Assembly (NCBI GenBank): GCA_030390025.1
Contig: CM059438.1
Span: 19,964,001-20,028,000 of the forward strand
Length of the DNA: 64,000 nucleotides
Reading direction: 5' to 3'
Origin: Squalus acanthias
Lineage: Eukaryota
The notes beneath the pieces were generated by a model, which had not been told where the DNA came from, ran no database searches, and worked only from the letters and a program-made list of their open reading frames with translations. Below are positions 51,771-64,000 of this stretch, in pieces. Position 1 is the stretch's first letter. Each line of letters starts with the position of its first letter. The position numbers and the translations under genes are program-made.

Positions 51771-53409
51771 TTCATATCTGATTCATTTTTATTAAAAACC
51801 ATCATTAATTTTGTTACATACAGGAGCTATAAAGTGTGTAACTAACTGTCAACTATGTGCACATATTCAATGGATATTGGGACAGCCTCATAAGAGTTAG
51901 AGATTTTCTGCCTGTTGAAAATGATCATCTTTAATCATAATTTTATGTAAAATTATAGTCATTTTCAATAATTTAAAACCATATAAAAACTTCAAGAATT
52001 TAAAAAAAAATCAAAGTATGTGTTTTCTTTTGCGGGCTCCAAGATTGGAGCAGGTGGAGTAAGGCTTATTCTTCTCTCCCCTTTGCATGTACAAGTACCT
52101 CCTTTAGTTGTTGTCTCTGCATTCATGCAAGATGTGAAATTTGATCATATGCAGAAAGTTCTCATTGATGTTTATATCTTGTTAAAAGTAACTGATACAA
52201 AAAACTTTTATTTATTGATACATGCTGCTGGTTATGGACTCGAAAATGGGCCATAAGCAATTTCTACCCCATTGTTTGTGCAGAGTTAAGGGCACCTAAT
52301 TCTGCATCTGTTTGCTCTGTACCTGACCTGGGAGTTCGAGATGCTGACAATGAGTGCCAAAATGAAAAAAATGTTTTATTCTCAGGCATTAACATCGCAC
52401 AATGTTTTTTAAAATATTAGATCTCCCATGGGTAGTACAGGATCTAGAGAACGGTTTTCGATGCTTACTGTAGGCCTGCTGCAGCCTAAACACAGTTGTT
52501 CACCTATTGCTGTAATATAGCAACATATCACATAACTGATGAGGTAGAACAGTGCTTACTTTAGGGATACTGAAAGATATAGATGTAAGATTTGCAATAC
52601 TATATTTACTTCCCACTCTACAAAATTATATAAGATGGAAATAACTATTATTCCTACATAGTTCCTCTTATTTCCAGTTATAATTTCTTTTGCTCTAACC
52701 CCCATGGTGGATTTGCAGTATTTGCTTAAGATACTTTATTTGTTTGTTTATTCTGCACTCCTTAAAACATTTCTTCTTTTTCTGAGTTATTCACATAATT
52801 TTCAAAGGTATTTCTTCCCTTACCTCCCACAGTGGATTTGTGGTTCTTCCTGGACCTACAGTTGGTGTAGCACTGTCACAGGGAAGTTTTCCCAGCCGAG
52901 TGTCTAGTGACCAGCACCTAACCAGGTGATTATTCAGGTCTGGCAGAATAAGTGACTCTAGCCTCAATGTCCAACGTCAGCATCAAAATGCCTCATAAAC
53001 ATCCCCCTCTTGTCCTGGCATAAAGATCGGTTTCCCTGAGCAACACAAAAAAGCTGTGCCATTTTTCCAGCCTGGATAGGGCAGGCCAACTCCTCTGACT
53101 ACTTAAATGACCCGTCCCCATGATTTGAGATGGGGTCCATATTCTTGGTTACAGGTGGACATGGGTCCCAGATCTGTCACACTTCTGCTGGCAAAGCAGA
53201 GACTCTGTCATTTTAGGGCTCTTATTTATAGTACTAAATCCTTAGCTTCGTGAGAAAGCAAAATACCAGATGAAAAGATTTGCGAGAAATATTTTGAGGG
53301 ATTTCATTGATCCTATTCTCCTTCTTGCTGATTTATTGTTGGATATTTGCTTACTGCTGATTTAGACCAGTACTTTTCATACATCCTTAAGTAGTGCTTT
53401 ATTAGTATT

Positions 53410-53705
53410 TCCAGCCCTACAACCCTCCGAAATCTCTGTGCTCCACCATTGGCGGCCGTGCCTTCAGCTGCCAAGGCCCTAAGCTCTGGAATTCCCTCCC
53501 TAAACCTCTCCGTCTCGCTATCTCTCTCTCTGCCTTTAAGACACTCCTTAAAACCTACCATTTTGACCAAGCTTTTGGTCATCTGCCCTAATATCTCCTT
53601 ATGTGGCTTGGTGTCAAATTTTGTTTGATAACGCTCGTGTGTAGCGCCTTGGGACGTTTTACTACGTTAAAGGTGCTATATAAATGCAAATTGTTGTTGT
53701 TGTTG
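53410..53705 (+). mobile_element. L2 LINE 3' fragment
   Basis: Reverse complement of the 16272-16620 family, ending aaatgcaaattgttgttgttgttg. Confidence 0.85.
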
Positions 53706-54034
53706 GTGGTCGTCTTTGCACCTGCTTTTGATTGGTACTTTTGTTACCTTTTTACAGTCGTGATTTATTGAAATCGAATTGACACAGAAACTTGTGACAT
53801 GCATGATGGACAAAATGTGTGCTGTGTGCAAAACTTTTACTTATAGATCGGAACACAGGAAATTAGGACCGGAAAAGACTGCAATCTCTCTGACCAGTGA
53901 CATACAGTGTAAGCAGAATGCAACAGTGACATTCTATGCAAGATATATGTAGAGAGAATCATACATTATGTATACATTGTTCTACATAGAAATAATAAGT
54001 TAAATTAGGGCAATCACCGAACACTGCCTCTCCC

Positions 54035-54240
54035 CTTACCTAGGCCCTTCTGCTGTTGAAACCCCTCCACATGCTGTTGTCACCTCCAGACTTGACTGCA
54101 CTAATGCTCTCCTTGCTGACCTTCCATCCTCCACCCTGCAGAGACTACAACTTGTGCAGAACTCTGCCGCGCTTATCCTGTCCTGCACTAAGTCCGACTT
54201 ATCCCTCACTCCTGTCCTCGAAGCTCTATATTGGCTCCCT
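54035..54240 (+). mobile_element. L2 RT C-terminal fragment
   Basis: Relic reading ETLH..VTSRLD...LQLVQNSAA...LEALYWLP. Confidence 0.6.
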
Positions 54241-55198
54241 AATGTACATTTTTTGTGGTTGGATATTTCTCTGTATTGGCAGCTGCTTAGCTCCTATCCT
54301 TGTCATCTCACCAACCTCTTTAGCTTATTTCAAAGGCAGAAAAACAGTTGGAAATAACTAGCTTTCTTTCCCTTTTTGTGTTTTTTTTAATGATTGTTCA
54401 GCTATAATTCGTTGGAGTTTTTATACAAAGTGTGACATCTGGAGTGTGATGGATAATCCCCCAAACTTTCAAATAAATCAATACATTTTACTGGCATTTT
54501 AAATGTGCAAAACGTACAACAGAAAAGATGCAAAGAGAATTAATCATATTTTACGGTAGGTTAGACATTGAGTTGTTGTACTGGTGCAGACAGTAATATA
54601 AAAAAGTTGAGTTTGCTGACTTACAGACTAACAGATTTTATATCACTCTCGAGATACCACAAGAAGTCAGTGACATTCAGCTGTCATCAGAACTCAGTAA
54701 GATTGATAAATGTCATTAAACAATGGCCTACAATTTCAGCGTGCTTTAATAGTGTTAACAGCTTTGTGGCACTTATTGCTACTGCAGATGGAGGGTTAGC
54801 GTTAGTAGCTGTTTCCAAGACCATTTCACTGTCTTGAAAGAAAATCTAATCAAGATGTTCGGGCCACTACATATTTTAAAGCAGCCCATCTGGTGTATTA
54901 ATGATTTGGACACTTCTCAGATGAAATGTAGAAACACAATTGAAAAAGTTAAAGAAAACCGGAGGAAGGCACAGATCGCAGAGCTGCATTTACATCCAGT
55001 CTTTCTATTGATTCACACTGAACATAGTGGCTGAAGTAGAACAGAAGCTCTGTTTTTATTCCGTAACCTAATTTATATCTTACTGAAAACGACAGCTCGG
55101 GTATTAGTTTAAGTGTAAGACATTTGCATTACAGCACTTCCCCATGAAGGTGATAAGTAGATACAGAATTTTTTAATGAACATCTGAGCAAACGTAGC

Positions 55199-56850
55199 CG
55201 CGATTTCCCCTACCTCGGCGGGTCTGGTGTGGCCGGGGTCGGTGGCGGGGTGCGACCCTGCTGCTGGCTCCAGCCCGCTGTCCAAAGTGATCTTACGCTG
55301 CTTGGGCTTAAGGTCGCCCAGCGCGTTTACCGGCCAATTGAAGGAAGCGGGTCTGATGACGTCACTTGATGATGTGGAATCAGCCGGTTTCCTTAAAGGG
55401 ACCATGCGCAAATTGATTTTGACAGTCGTGCTGTCAGCGTTCGACAGCATTGAGGTGCTGCAAACACTGACAAGCACTGCACAGAGGTGCACGGCTGCAC
55501 CCAGGCTCTCCCAACACTCCCTCCATATGCTTATGGAGGGAGTCACAGCATGCTGGGAGGTCCTCTTCCCTTCCAATGGGTGGAAGAGACCTCCCCAGGA
55601 GACCAACGCAGCCTGGTTGCACATTGCACAGGAGGATACAAGCAGGAATGTCATTAGGAGGACCAGGCTGCAGTGACGCAAACCATTCAATGATCTCATT
55701 AGATTACGAAATGTTACTGCAAAGTCACACTCAACCTCATCCTGCTGTGCCACTCATCACATCCCCATCACTCTGCCTTCCCTACCCTACTCCTGCACAT
55801 CCTTACTCACACCAACTTACCTTGTACCTCCACCCATCCCTCTCTATCTACATTATCACTTCCCCATCTCACTAGCCACCCCTCACACGCGCCCTCATCC
55901 TGGTCCAATCATACCAACCAACAACACACAAGGGTAGGCACTTGGGTGTTTTATCCAATGTTCATGTGAAGTTTCTGTTAATGTGCTGTCAAACATTGAA
56001 ATCTTTATTATCAACACTTTGCGTTCTTGGACAGATTTGTGTGCACCTTTGGAAGTGGCTTAGTGAGTTGTAGTGAATGGTGAGACATAACAGTACCCCC
56101 CGCAATAGTGATGAGTGTGAAAGGAATGGCTTGGGCATTCTAGGGATGCTTTATGGTGTTGGTGTGGAGTGGTGCCAACCTAGCACATCATGTGGCAGCC
56201 AGGGTGTACAACATCAAGTGAAGTAAATCTGGCCATGGTGAGGCCATCCCTGGTGTCCTGGGCAGCAATGTGGTTGGTTGTTAATGCCCTGTGTCCTGTG
56301 CAGCAGGTGAGGTTGAGATGACAGAATAGATGGCAGGTGAGGTTGAGATGACAGAAGCAATCTGTCAATGGTGAGAGAGGTTGTTCCAATGAGGTGACAC
56401 TGGATACAGAGTTTGCTCCAAACGCTTGCAAGCTGCATAAAGCTCAATCTGTCTTCCAAATGCAGTAAGCAACAGCTTCTGACCTTGGAAAGTGAACAGC
56501 TATGAAATGGGAGCTTTTATAGAACATTTGCAGCTGTCAAATTAAGAAATGACCCCATGCTGACACAACATCCGACCTCCTTACCTGACGTGATCCCCGA
56601 GCAGCCGAGAAACCGTGGGCGAATTCTTAAAATCTAAAGATGAGCTTAAAATAGTTTTTACATGCCTGTTAACAAGCTCTTAATCATCTAAATTGCCTCC
56701 CCCGTCGCTTGGTCTTGGGTCTGTTCAGCGATGACAGACCTGACATCTGGGAAACTAGCGTGGCGGCGGGTTGACAGTGGGTTCCCTACCCGCTGTCAAC
56801 ATTTTTTTTCCCCACCTGGCCCGCCCGCTGACCCCCTGAAAAATCCCTCC
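55199..56850 (+). mobile_element. PIF/Harbinger-derived DNA transposon relic with Myb/SANT-like exon
   Basis: 55485-55700 encodes APRLSQHSLHMLMEGVTACWEVLFP..NAAWLHIAQE..RRTRLQ*RKPFNDL, a NAIF1/MSANTD-type trihelix pattern. The ends are GC-rich with subterminal cccgcc motifs. Confidence 0.7.
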
Positions 56851-58859
56851 CCCCACCCCATGTCTCTGCTGAATAATTATTTCTAAAGTGATCACATCTG
56901 CACCCCAGTGACTCAATGATTTTATCCAGCAAATAATTATCCAGCAAACTCAGATCAGGAAGGCCCGGGTTTGATCCCTTGTCTGTGCTGAGTTATCCCT
57001 GCTAGGTCAGCGATCACTATAACTGGCTTCCGTGCCTGAGTTAGAGTGGGTTCCCGTGCCTGAGTTAGAGTGGGTTCCCGTGCCTGATTGTTATTCAGTG
57101 ACCCCTGCATGAAATAACTGTGCACAGATGTATTGTGAGGACAGGATTGGGCTTAGTTGTGATGCCCTATACAGCCAAATAGCCTACTGTCATTAACTAT
57201 CAAGACACGTATGTGAATAATTGCCACTTGCGTGAGGTCCTGGAGGACGCCCAGTGCTAGTGAAACCATACACCAGCAAGGAGTCAGGGGAGTAGAGAAA
57301 ATTACTGGAGAGAATTAGTGAGAATTTCCTTTAAATGAAATGCTGACATCTTTTAATTCTTTGTTTCAGTTATTCAACTGAGTTTATCTTTAAAGTCCAT
57401 AATACGAGATTTTACATAATTTGGTCTTTTTAGTTTGTTCCTGAGTGAACAACACAGTTCCTCAGGACACATTGGGCAAGGGGGGCAAATACTTTGACAG
57501 CCCACAATTTTGAAGGAAAAGCCAAGGATTCTGTCCAAGTTTCTTTTACCTTGAAATTAGATCCTTTGAATATTAACATTGAAATTCTTAGTATATTCAT
57601 ATGAAGTTTCTCTGTGTGCGATTTTAAAGGAGGCAATAATCTATTTGGACTAGTGAATCTGTTAAAATAATGGATTAAAAAATTTCTTATGAACACGTTA
57701 AGCATTTGTACACTAATATTCAGAAAGCCTAATTTCAAGACATGCAATCTTTCAGTGCAAAGGGATTGTTATCAGAAAGTCCAGTGAACATTCTACTTGA
57801 ATTCTGAATTTCAAAAAGAAGCAGCCTTGTTTATGGCTTGAAGTAGCTTTAAAGCCAAATGTCTTTGCCAGAATAAGGATAACGGGTTAAAGTCTCCAGC
57901 ATTGTTTTTTTAAGAGTTAATGTGAAAGTGTGCTTAGCAGAGAATGAAGAAACTGGATTAATGATAAAGCCTTGAATTGGATTGAATCGTCAGTTAAATA
58001 TTACAAAATGCTCATAGATGTTGCCTGAAAAATGTACATTACACAGATTAGTCTGTACAGTTATCCATCAGATAACCTCAGATAGAAGTAATTTGACAGT
58101 GTTTTAGAAATAAGTCCCTGCTCAATATTTTGCTGTACTGACACCAACAGATAAAGGGATGTTTTCCTTACTGGTTTCAAGAAACAGTTCACACATGAGT
58201 TTAACTCAGAGTTCAGAGTCTTAATAATTCAAAAACTTGATCCTTCCCTTCTATACTGAACAAATTTCATAGACCTTCTAAGAGTAAATTGGCCGTCTAA
58301 AACCTGCCAGAATAACTGCTTATTGAAAACAGCAAAATGTGCTTTCCACCTTGCACTTTTTAAAGTTACGACGCAGGGTTGTGTCAGTCATGAAAAAGAT
58401 CTGAACTAAGCAGTGCCAGAATGTCCTGTGTTTTTCATCTTTCTGTTGCAATGAGGTTATTCTTATAATCTCCCAGCGGCACTTTGTTCACTTCTACTGT
58501 AAACCTGGAATTAATTTAACCCTTTCCATCATTCAATATCCGCATATCTTTTCGATCATAAAACATCTGCAGTTTTGTTTGGTCTAACAAAAGCTCTGAA
58601 ACAGAACTGGAGACAAGAAATATTTCTTAAAATCAAGCCATTCTTGGAATAAACAACTCAGTTGCAATCTTGAGCGGCGGCGTTCAGTGATAACCTGCCC
58701 TCCAATTTTCCCACCCCTCGCTTCTCGCGGCGAGATGTCTGGTCTCCACTTAGCACCGACCCAGTAAAACACAGCTGAGATCAGACCTCAGTGCCATGAA
58801 GACTGAGCCTGTGCCCCACCATTAATGTAGCATGATGCACTGCTGATCCAACATGATAG

Positions 58860-59145
58860 ATCATAGAAACATAGAAACATAGAATCTAGGAGCAGGAGTA
58901 GGCCATTCGGCCCATCGAGCCTGCTCCGCCATTCAATACGATCATGGCTGATCATCCAAATCCAGTACCCTATCCCTGCTTTAATCCCCACAGTACACAT
59001 ATCCCACCCTACCCCCGTAACCCCACGTATTTAATTCCCCCTAACATATCCTATCCTATCCCCATAACCCCACATATTTAATCCCCCCTAACACTAAGGG
59101 TCAATTTATCATAGCCAAATCAACCTAACCCACACATTTTTTGCA
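58860..59145 (-). mobile_element. CR1-type 3' tail joined to a V-SINE/HE1-like segment
   Basis: (catagaaa)n tail and CR1 hairpin (aggagtaggccattcggccc..gagcctgctccgcc), then gggtcaatttatcatagccaa.tcaacctaacc. Confidence 0.6.
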
Positions 59146-60876
59146 CTTTTTGCCATTGTTCATTTTAATCAGTGAGAATTTTATTTTAGAAGGTACAAAG
59201 ATAAAAGCAATGAAAACCATTTACAAATTGTCATGCATCACCATACTAGATCAAATCAAATAGGCACATTGAGACAATTGTAAAATAATTCCTGTTGAGT
59301 ACTAAGAGGGTGAAAGGTACAAACATACAGAACAGTAAATGCTGTGACTGTAATTCGAGAGCCTTACATCACACTGGAAATGCAGGCTTTTCATCTGAAT
59401 CTTCAGCTGTGAATTGTAAATTGAAATGGGTGGGCCCACTGTATGAGTACTATATGGACTTGTATCCAGCTGACCCCCAGCAGTTTCAAATGTCTGAAGA
59501 GCACTTGTTGGTTGTCAGTCAGATGCTGACCTTTCCTGACAATGCAATAGGGGAGGAGCCTCCGCAGGAAGGCTACAGTTTTATAGCCAGTGGCCTTTTG
59601 TGTGAGTCACTCTTCAATGCACTTCATTCAAGAATTGTGGCTTCAAATGTGGCTTCAAATGTGGACTCCACTAACTGTTAATTGGCTGACTGTAAGTGTT
59701 CCTCGCCGTCATTTATAGCAGCGATACACTTACAGATTGTTACAGTATTCGCTGTTGGGATTCATTACAGTTTGTGGGCAATATACTGTGAGATCCACAG
59801 CATCCTAACTGTGTGTCCATTGTGAAAAGACTTAACTTCAAATGCAACGTATCTGGCTTACTTGCCACTAGGTAAGTAGAATGAGATTTTCTGCATGTCT
59901 GGTAATGAAGCTTTAAACTGAAAAAACAGAATTACAGCATGTTGCTATATAAAAGGATTTGTTATACTTCAGTACTCTTCAGTAAGTTAGTCCCAGTGGT
60001 GCTATGTGGCAGATCATGTTATGGGAAACAGTCTTGCTGTTCAGTTAAGCATGAAGTCGTAACTGCAGACAGAAATAGGTCTTGCATACATTTCACAGAG
60101 ACTCGAGAATTGGCCACTTTAGGTTGCCTGGGTCAATAAACCTGCAATAAAGAGTTACCAGAATGGATAACTCTTTAGAGACGTAGTACAATGTGCTTTT
60201 CTTTTACTATGTGAGGTGTTCTGCCTTTATTGGTGATAATAACATGAGCAAAAGACTTGTAAATTCTATAGCCCTTACATCAGCCTGCAAGTTGGAGACA
60301 TACCTGATAGTACACGAGGGGAAAAGCACAATATTTATGTAAACATTCTGAAAGGGAGGCAGACTGCATGTTGGTGGCACAGTAGGATGTTTGGAAAAGA
60401 ACAGCAAAGCTGGCAAAGATTCATTTTGTTTATATTTCTTGTTTTCTGAATGAATAGGATACGACTGCAGAGTTTAATTAAAAGATCTGTGGGAGTTTTG
60501 GACATCTAACCACCCCCCCTCTCCATTGTTCTTGTCTGAACAGTAAAAGTAGCAGTGATTACATGACTGAAAGATTTTAGGACTGAGGGTCCCTGCTACT
60601 TCTGTATAGAAGGAACCAAGTGAATGAATGAAAGCTGCTCTGATATGTTTCCCTTGCAGTGTCATCTCTAGGTTTTCAGTAGAGCGTAATGGTGGGTGTG
60701 TGAATGACTTTTACTGCAGTCTACTCCTGATTCAGTTGTCTTTTGCTGTAAAAAATAGATTATCCATAACTTGTATCAGTCAATGTAAATAACACAGAAA
60801 CGAGGGAATTTAGTGCTAAAAATATGAATGATCAGATAATTAGAATTAAACAACTTTGAATTTAAGAAGAAATCAT

Positions 60877-61060
60877 TTGCATTTATACAGCACTTTTCAT
60901 GACCTCAGGTCGTCCCAAAATGCTTCACAGTCAGTGAAGTACTTCTGATTTGTAGTCTCTGTTGTAGCAGAGGGAAACACAGCATTCAATTTACACACAA
61001 GGTTCCACGTACAGCAATGAGATAAATGACCAGATAATCTGTTTTAGTGATGTTGGTTAA
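60877..61060 (-). mobile_element. Deu-SINE 3' fragment
   Basis: ttgcatttatacagcacttttcatgacctcagg...gaccagataatctgttttagtgatgttgg. Confidence 0.72.
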
Positions 61061-62639
61061 AAGTAGACTGTAAACCCACTTGAACTGAAAACAATCGGGC
61101 AGTACAATTAGACATTTTTTCTTCCAAACTCGTGTCTGCAGAGAGCATTTTGAGCTTGTAGAGGTGATTTTATTTTATGCGAGTACCATTGATGGCTGCC
61201 GCAGTTTTCCCGCCATTGATGTCACTTGCTGAAGGCAAACGGCCCAACCTCTGTCGAGCTGACAGCACCATAGGCACGAGGGCTAATTTTACAAATGTGC
61301 CCGCCCAGCAAGTTGCCCCATCCACACGGAGTGCAAATTAGAAACTACAGGCACATGCTCCACCATTTTCCACCATCGATTTTCATGGATCCTGCATTCT
61401 GGTGTTGGAATACCTGGATCCCCTGTGGCCTGATAAATACATTGAATTGATTCATGGGTCAGTATGCTTGGGTCAGAATAGTATCATGAGGCAAGCATGT
61501 TGATATAGATGTGCAGAAGATTGAATATCCATCTTCCGAGACAGCTTCCAACAGGATTATATGGGAATAGGAGCAAGCAATAATATAGCCACAAGAGAGT
61601 GGTGCATAGAGGTCATTTGACCATGCTCTTTTGCAAACAATATATAAAGTAAAGGGTCTCAACACAAGGGTAAAGTGCTAGTGGTTACAATTCTGATATT
61701 GGTTCAGGTATGGGGGATCGCTTTGCGATGAACAATTTAAAGTACAAGAAGGATTTCACAATGTGCATTGACTTGAGAATGATTTCTCCTGTAGTGCATT
61801 GGCGCCAATAAATAAGCCCGGTGAGAACACTGTCTTGCATCATGGTGTTTGATCACATGAAGTTGAAAACCACAAGCTGTTAGATGGAAGCGATTTTCTA
61901 ATTAATTATAGATCCACAGTTTTGGAATAATATTGATGCCAGAGGAGCTACAAATAAAGTTGGCTGTAGCTTCAGTGTTAGTTGGCTGTTTTGGTTCTGA
62001 ATTCGAGATAATTACAGTACGTGGTTGGATTGTTCCAAAAACAGAAATTTCTGGATTGAATGGTCACCTGCTGTTTCTTGTTGTGACTGCATAAATTATC
62101 TCGTTGTGAGTGTCGGATGACTCTTTTAAAAAAAAAAGGGTCGGAGCCAAACATTGTTTGTTACAGCTTCAGAAACACCCCTGGCCTCTTGTTCCTCTCG
62201 CCACTGCAAACCCTTCCCAATGGATGTGATTGAAACCTCTCAGGGAACATAGCAGGGGTTCCCAAGATTCTCAAAAGCAATTTCGCTGAATCCTCTCCAG
62301 GCGAAAAATGTTTTTTTTTTTGTGTGATGGAAAAGCTCCAAGAGATCAGCTTAGAAGCTGGGTGAAAAAACTGAATAGGGAGTCTCTTCTGGACAATTAA
62401 CCGACTTGCACTGCACAATTATAACAAACACTCGACACAAGAATCTGAACGGCTTGTGGCCTGCAATCTTTGACCATCAGCGTTTACCCAAACCACCTGA
62501 TCAGACAGGCGGAATCTCAGTTTAACATCTCAAACAAAAGACATCACCTCCAACCACGCTGTACCCCCGAGGAGTGTGAGCCTAGATTGGAAGCCATTAC
62601 ATAAAACTTTAAAGTAAAGAGATGAAAGGGAAAGAAGAA

Positions 62640-63235
62640 AGAAAGAACTTGCATTTATATAGCACCTTTCATATCCTCAGTGCATCCTAAAGCACTTTAC
62701 AGTCCATGAAGTACTTTTAAAGTGCACTTTCTGTTGTAATGCAGGGAAATGCAGCAGCCAATTTACCCAGAGCAAGGTCCCACAAACCGCAATGTGATAA
62801 GTGACCATATAATCTGTTTTAGTGATGTTGTTAAGGGATAAATATTGGCCAGACACTGGGAGAACTCCCCTGCTCTACTTGGAACAGTGCCAGTGCATCT
62901 TTTCCGTCCATCTGACAGAGCAAACAGGGCTTTGATTTAACAGCTCATCCAAATGACAGCGGGGCGATTTTAAAGTAGCACCTGAAACGGGCACAATGTC
63001 AGTGGAGTGGCGCTGCCCACTTGTTGTGCAAGTGTGAGGCCTGGACCTTAATAACATGCCACCAGCACAAAGCAGTCATCCTGCTGCAGCTCATCAGTTC
63101 TGGGAGGGCAGGAAATCGGCTGGCTCCCAAGCTGAAATGCCAAACTAGATTATGTGCTCAAGTGTCAGGAGTGGTGCTTGAACCGACACCCCATCTGACT
63201 TAGCAGCAAGAATGCTAACTACTGAGCCAAGTCTG
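62640..63235 (-). mobile_element. Deu-SINE, interrupted at about 62960-63140 by a GC-richer insert
   Basis: Tail and body at 62647-62958; head at 63146-63230 (ctagattatgtgctcaag...cttgaacc...actgagcca). Confidence 0.72.
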
Positions 63236-64000
63236 ATACCTGGGTAAAGTGGCATCTCAGAGTCTCCTGTATTCCTTAGATCAAACCTCTGCTCATCCAG
63301 ACCCTGACATTTCTCGGGGCTTAAAAGCAGCCTGCATCCCCAGCCTGTTTAGCTGGAAACATGGTTCGCCTTGCAGTTTGAGCACTTGGCATAACATTTT
63401 TCCTCAGGTTGGAAGGTCCACAAAATGCTGGATGGATTACAGCGTGTGTAACGGAAATGTTAAAATGTATTGTGGTCAAATGTGATCACAAGTTATATAG
63501 AGAGATGAAAAAACCTGCAAGTAACGTTAACCTGAAATTTAAAAAATGTTAGAAATGGGCAGCAGGCCGATCAGAATTTGAAGGGGAACGAGGTTAATAT
63601 TTTGGATGAGATCCATCCAGCAGAAACATTGCCCTGTGTTTTTCTTTCCGATGCTGTTCAACCTGCTGTGCATTTCCATCTTTTCCTGTTTTATTTATAA
63701 GATATGCTTTAGCTCACTGTAAAAGTTGATTTGAAAATGATTGTTAAAGTGACCATTTATATGAGCTATAGTTTTGATGATACAGTAAATTTGTTCTCAT
63801 AGCTAAACTACATGAACGTTTATCCTGACACATCTCTGTATCTGTGTTTACCAGTGATTCCTTGTAAGGTATCAATATACAACTTTTACAAAACTTAAAC
63901 TTGAAGCTGAGAAGATTGTTCAGCCACAGTGGGTTATTTTAGAACGCACAGTCCCTAATCTCTTCTGAATAGAGTTCAGTCTGTTCCATGTTCATGATAA

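Overview
Vertebrate nuclear DNA, most likely from a cartilaginous fish (shark). This rests on its repeat complement: CR1 LINEs with (TTCTTATG)n tails, L2 3' fragments, Deu-domain SINEs, Penelope-like remnants and Harbinger-type MITEs. The window holds the 5' half of one large + strand gene that I identify as TACC2, from recalled human peptides and the exon phases. I could assemble an in-phase exon chain, mostly absent from the ORF track: CDS 1628-1660 (MGNESSSVGDQ), 13744-13952, 25683-25766, a giant exon 39513-51154 and 51276-51386. The giant exon is 11.6 kb (about 3880 codons) and is the standout feature. It is built hierarchically from a degenerate ~56-aa Glu/Gln-rich monomer (roughly 60 copies by eye). 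Twelve monomers form a 2028-bp higher-order unit that is tandemly triplicated with near identity, and an older 843-bp duplication lies just upstream. A single missing G at 47277-47280 splits the exon into two ORFs and is probably an assembly error. Most other recognisable sequence is intronic transposable elements. No database searches were possible, so gene and family names are recognition from memory.
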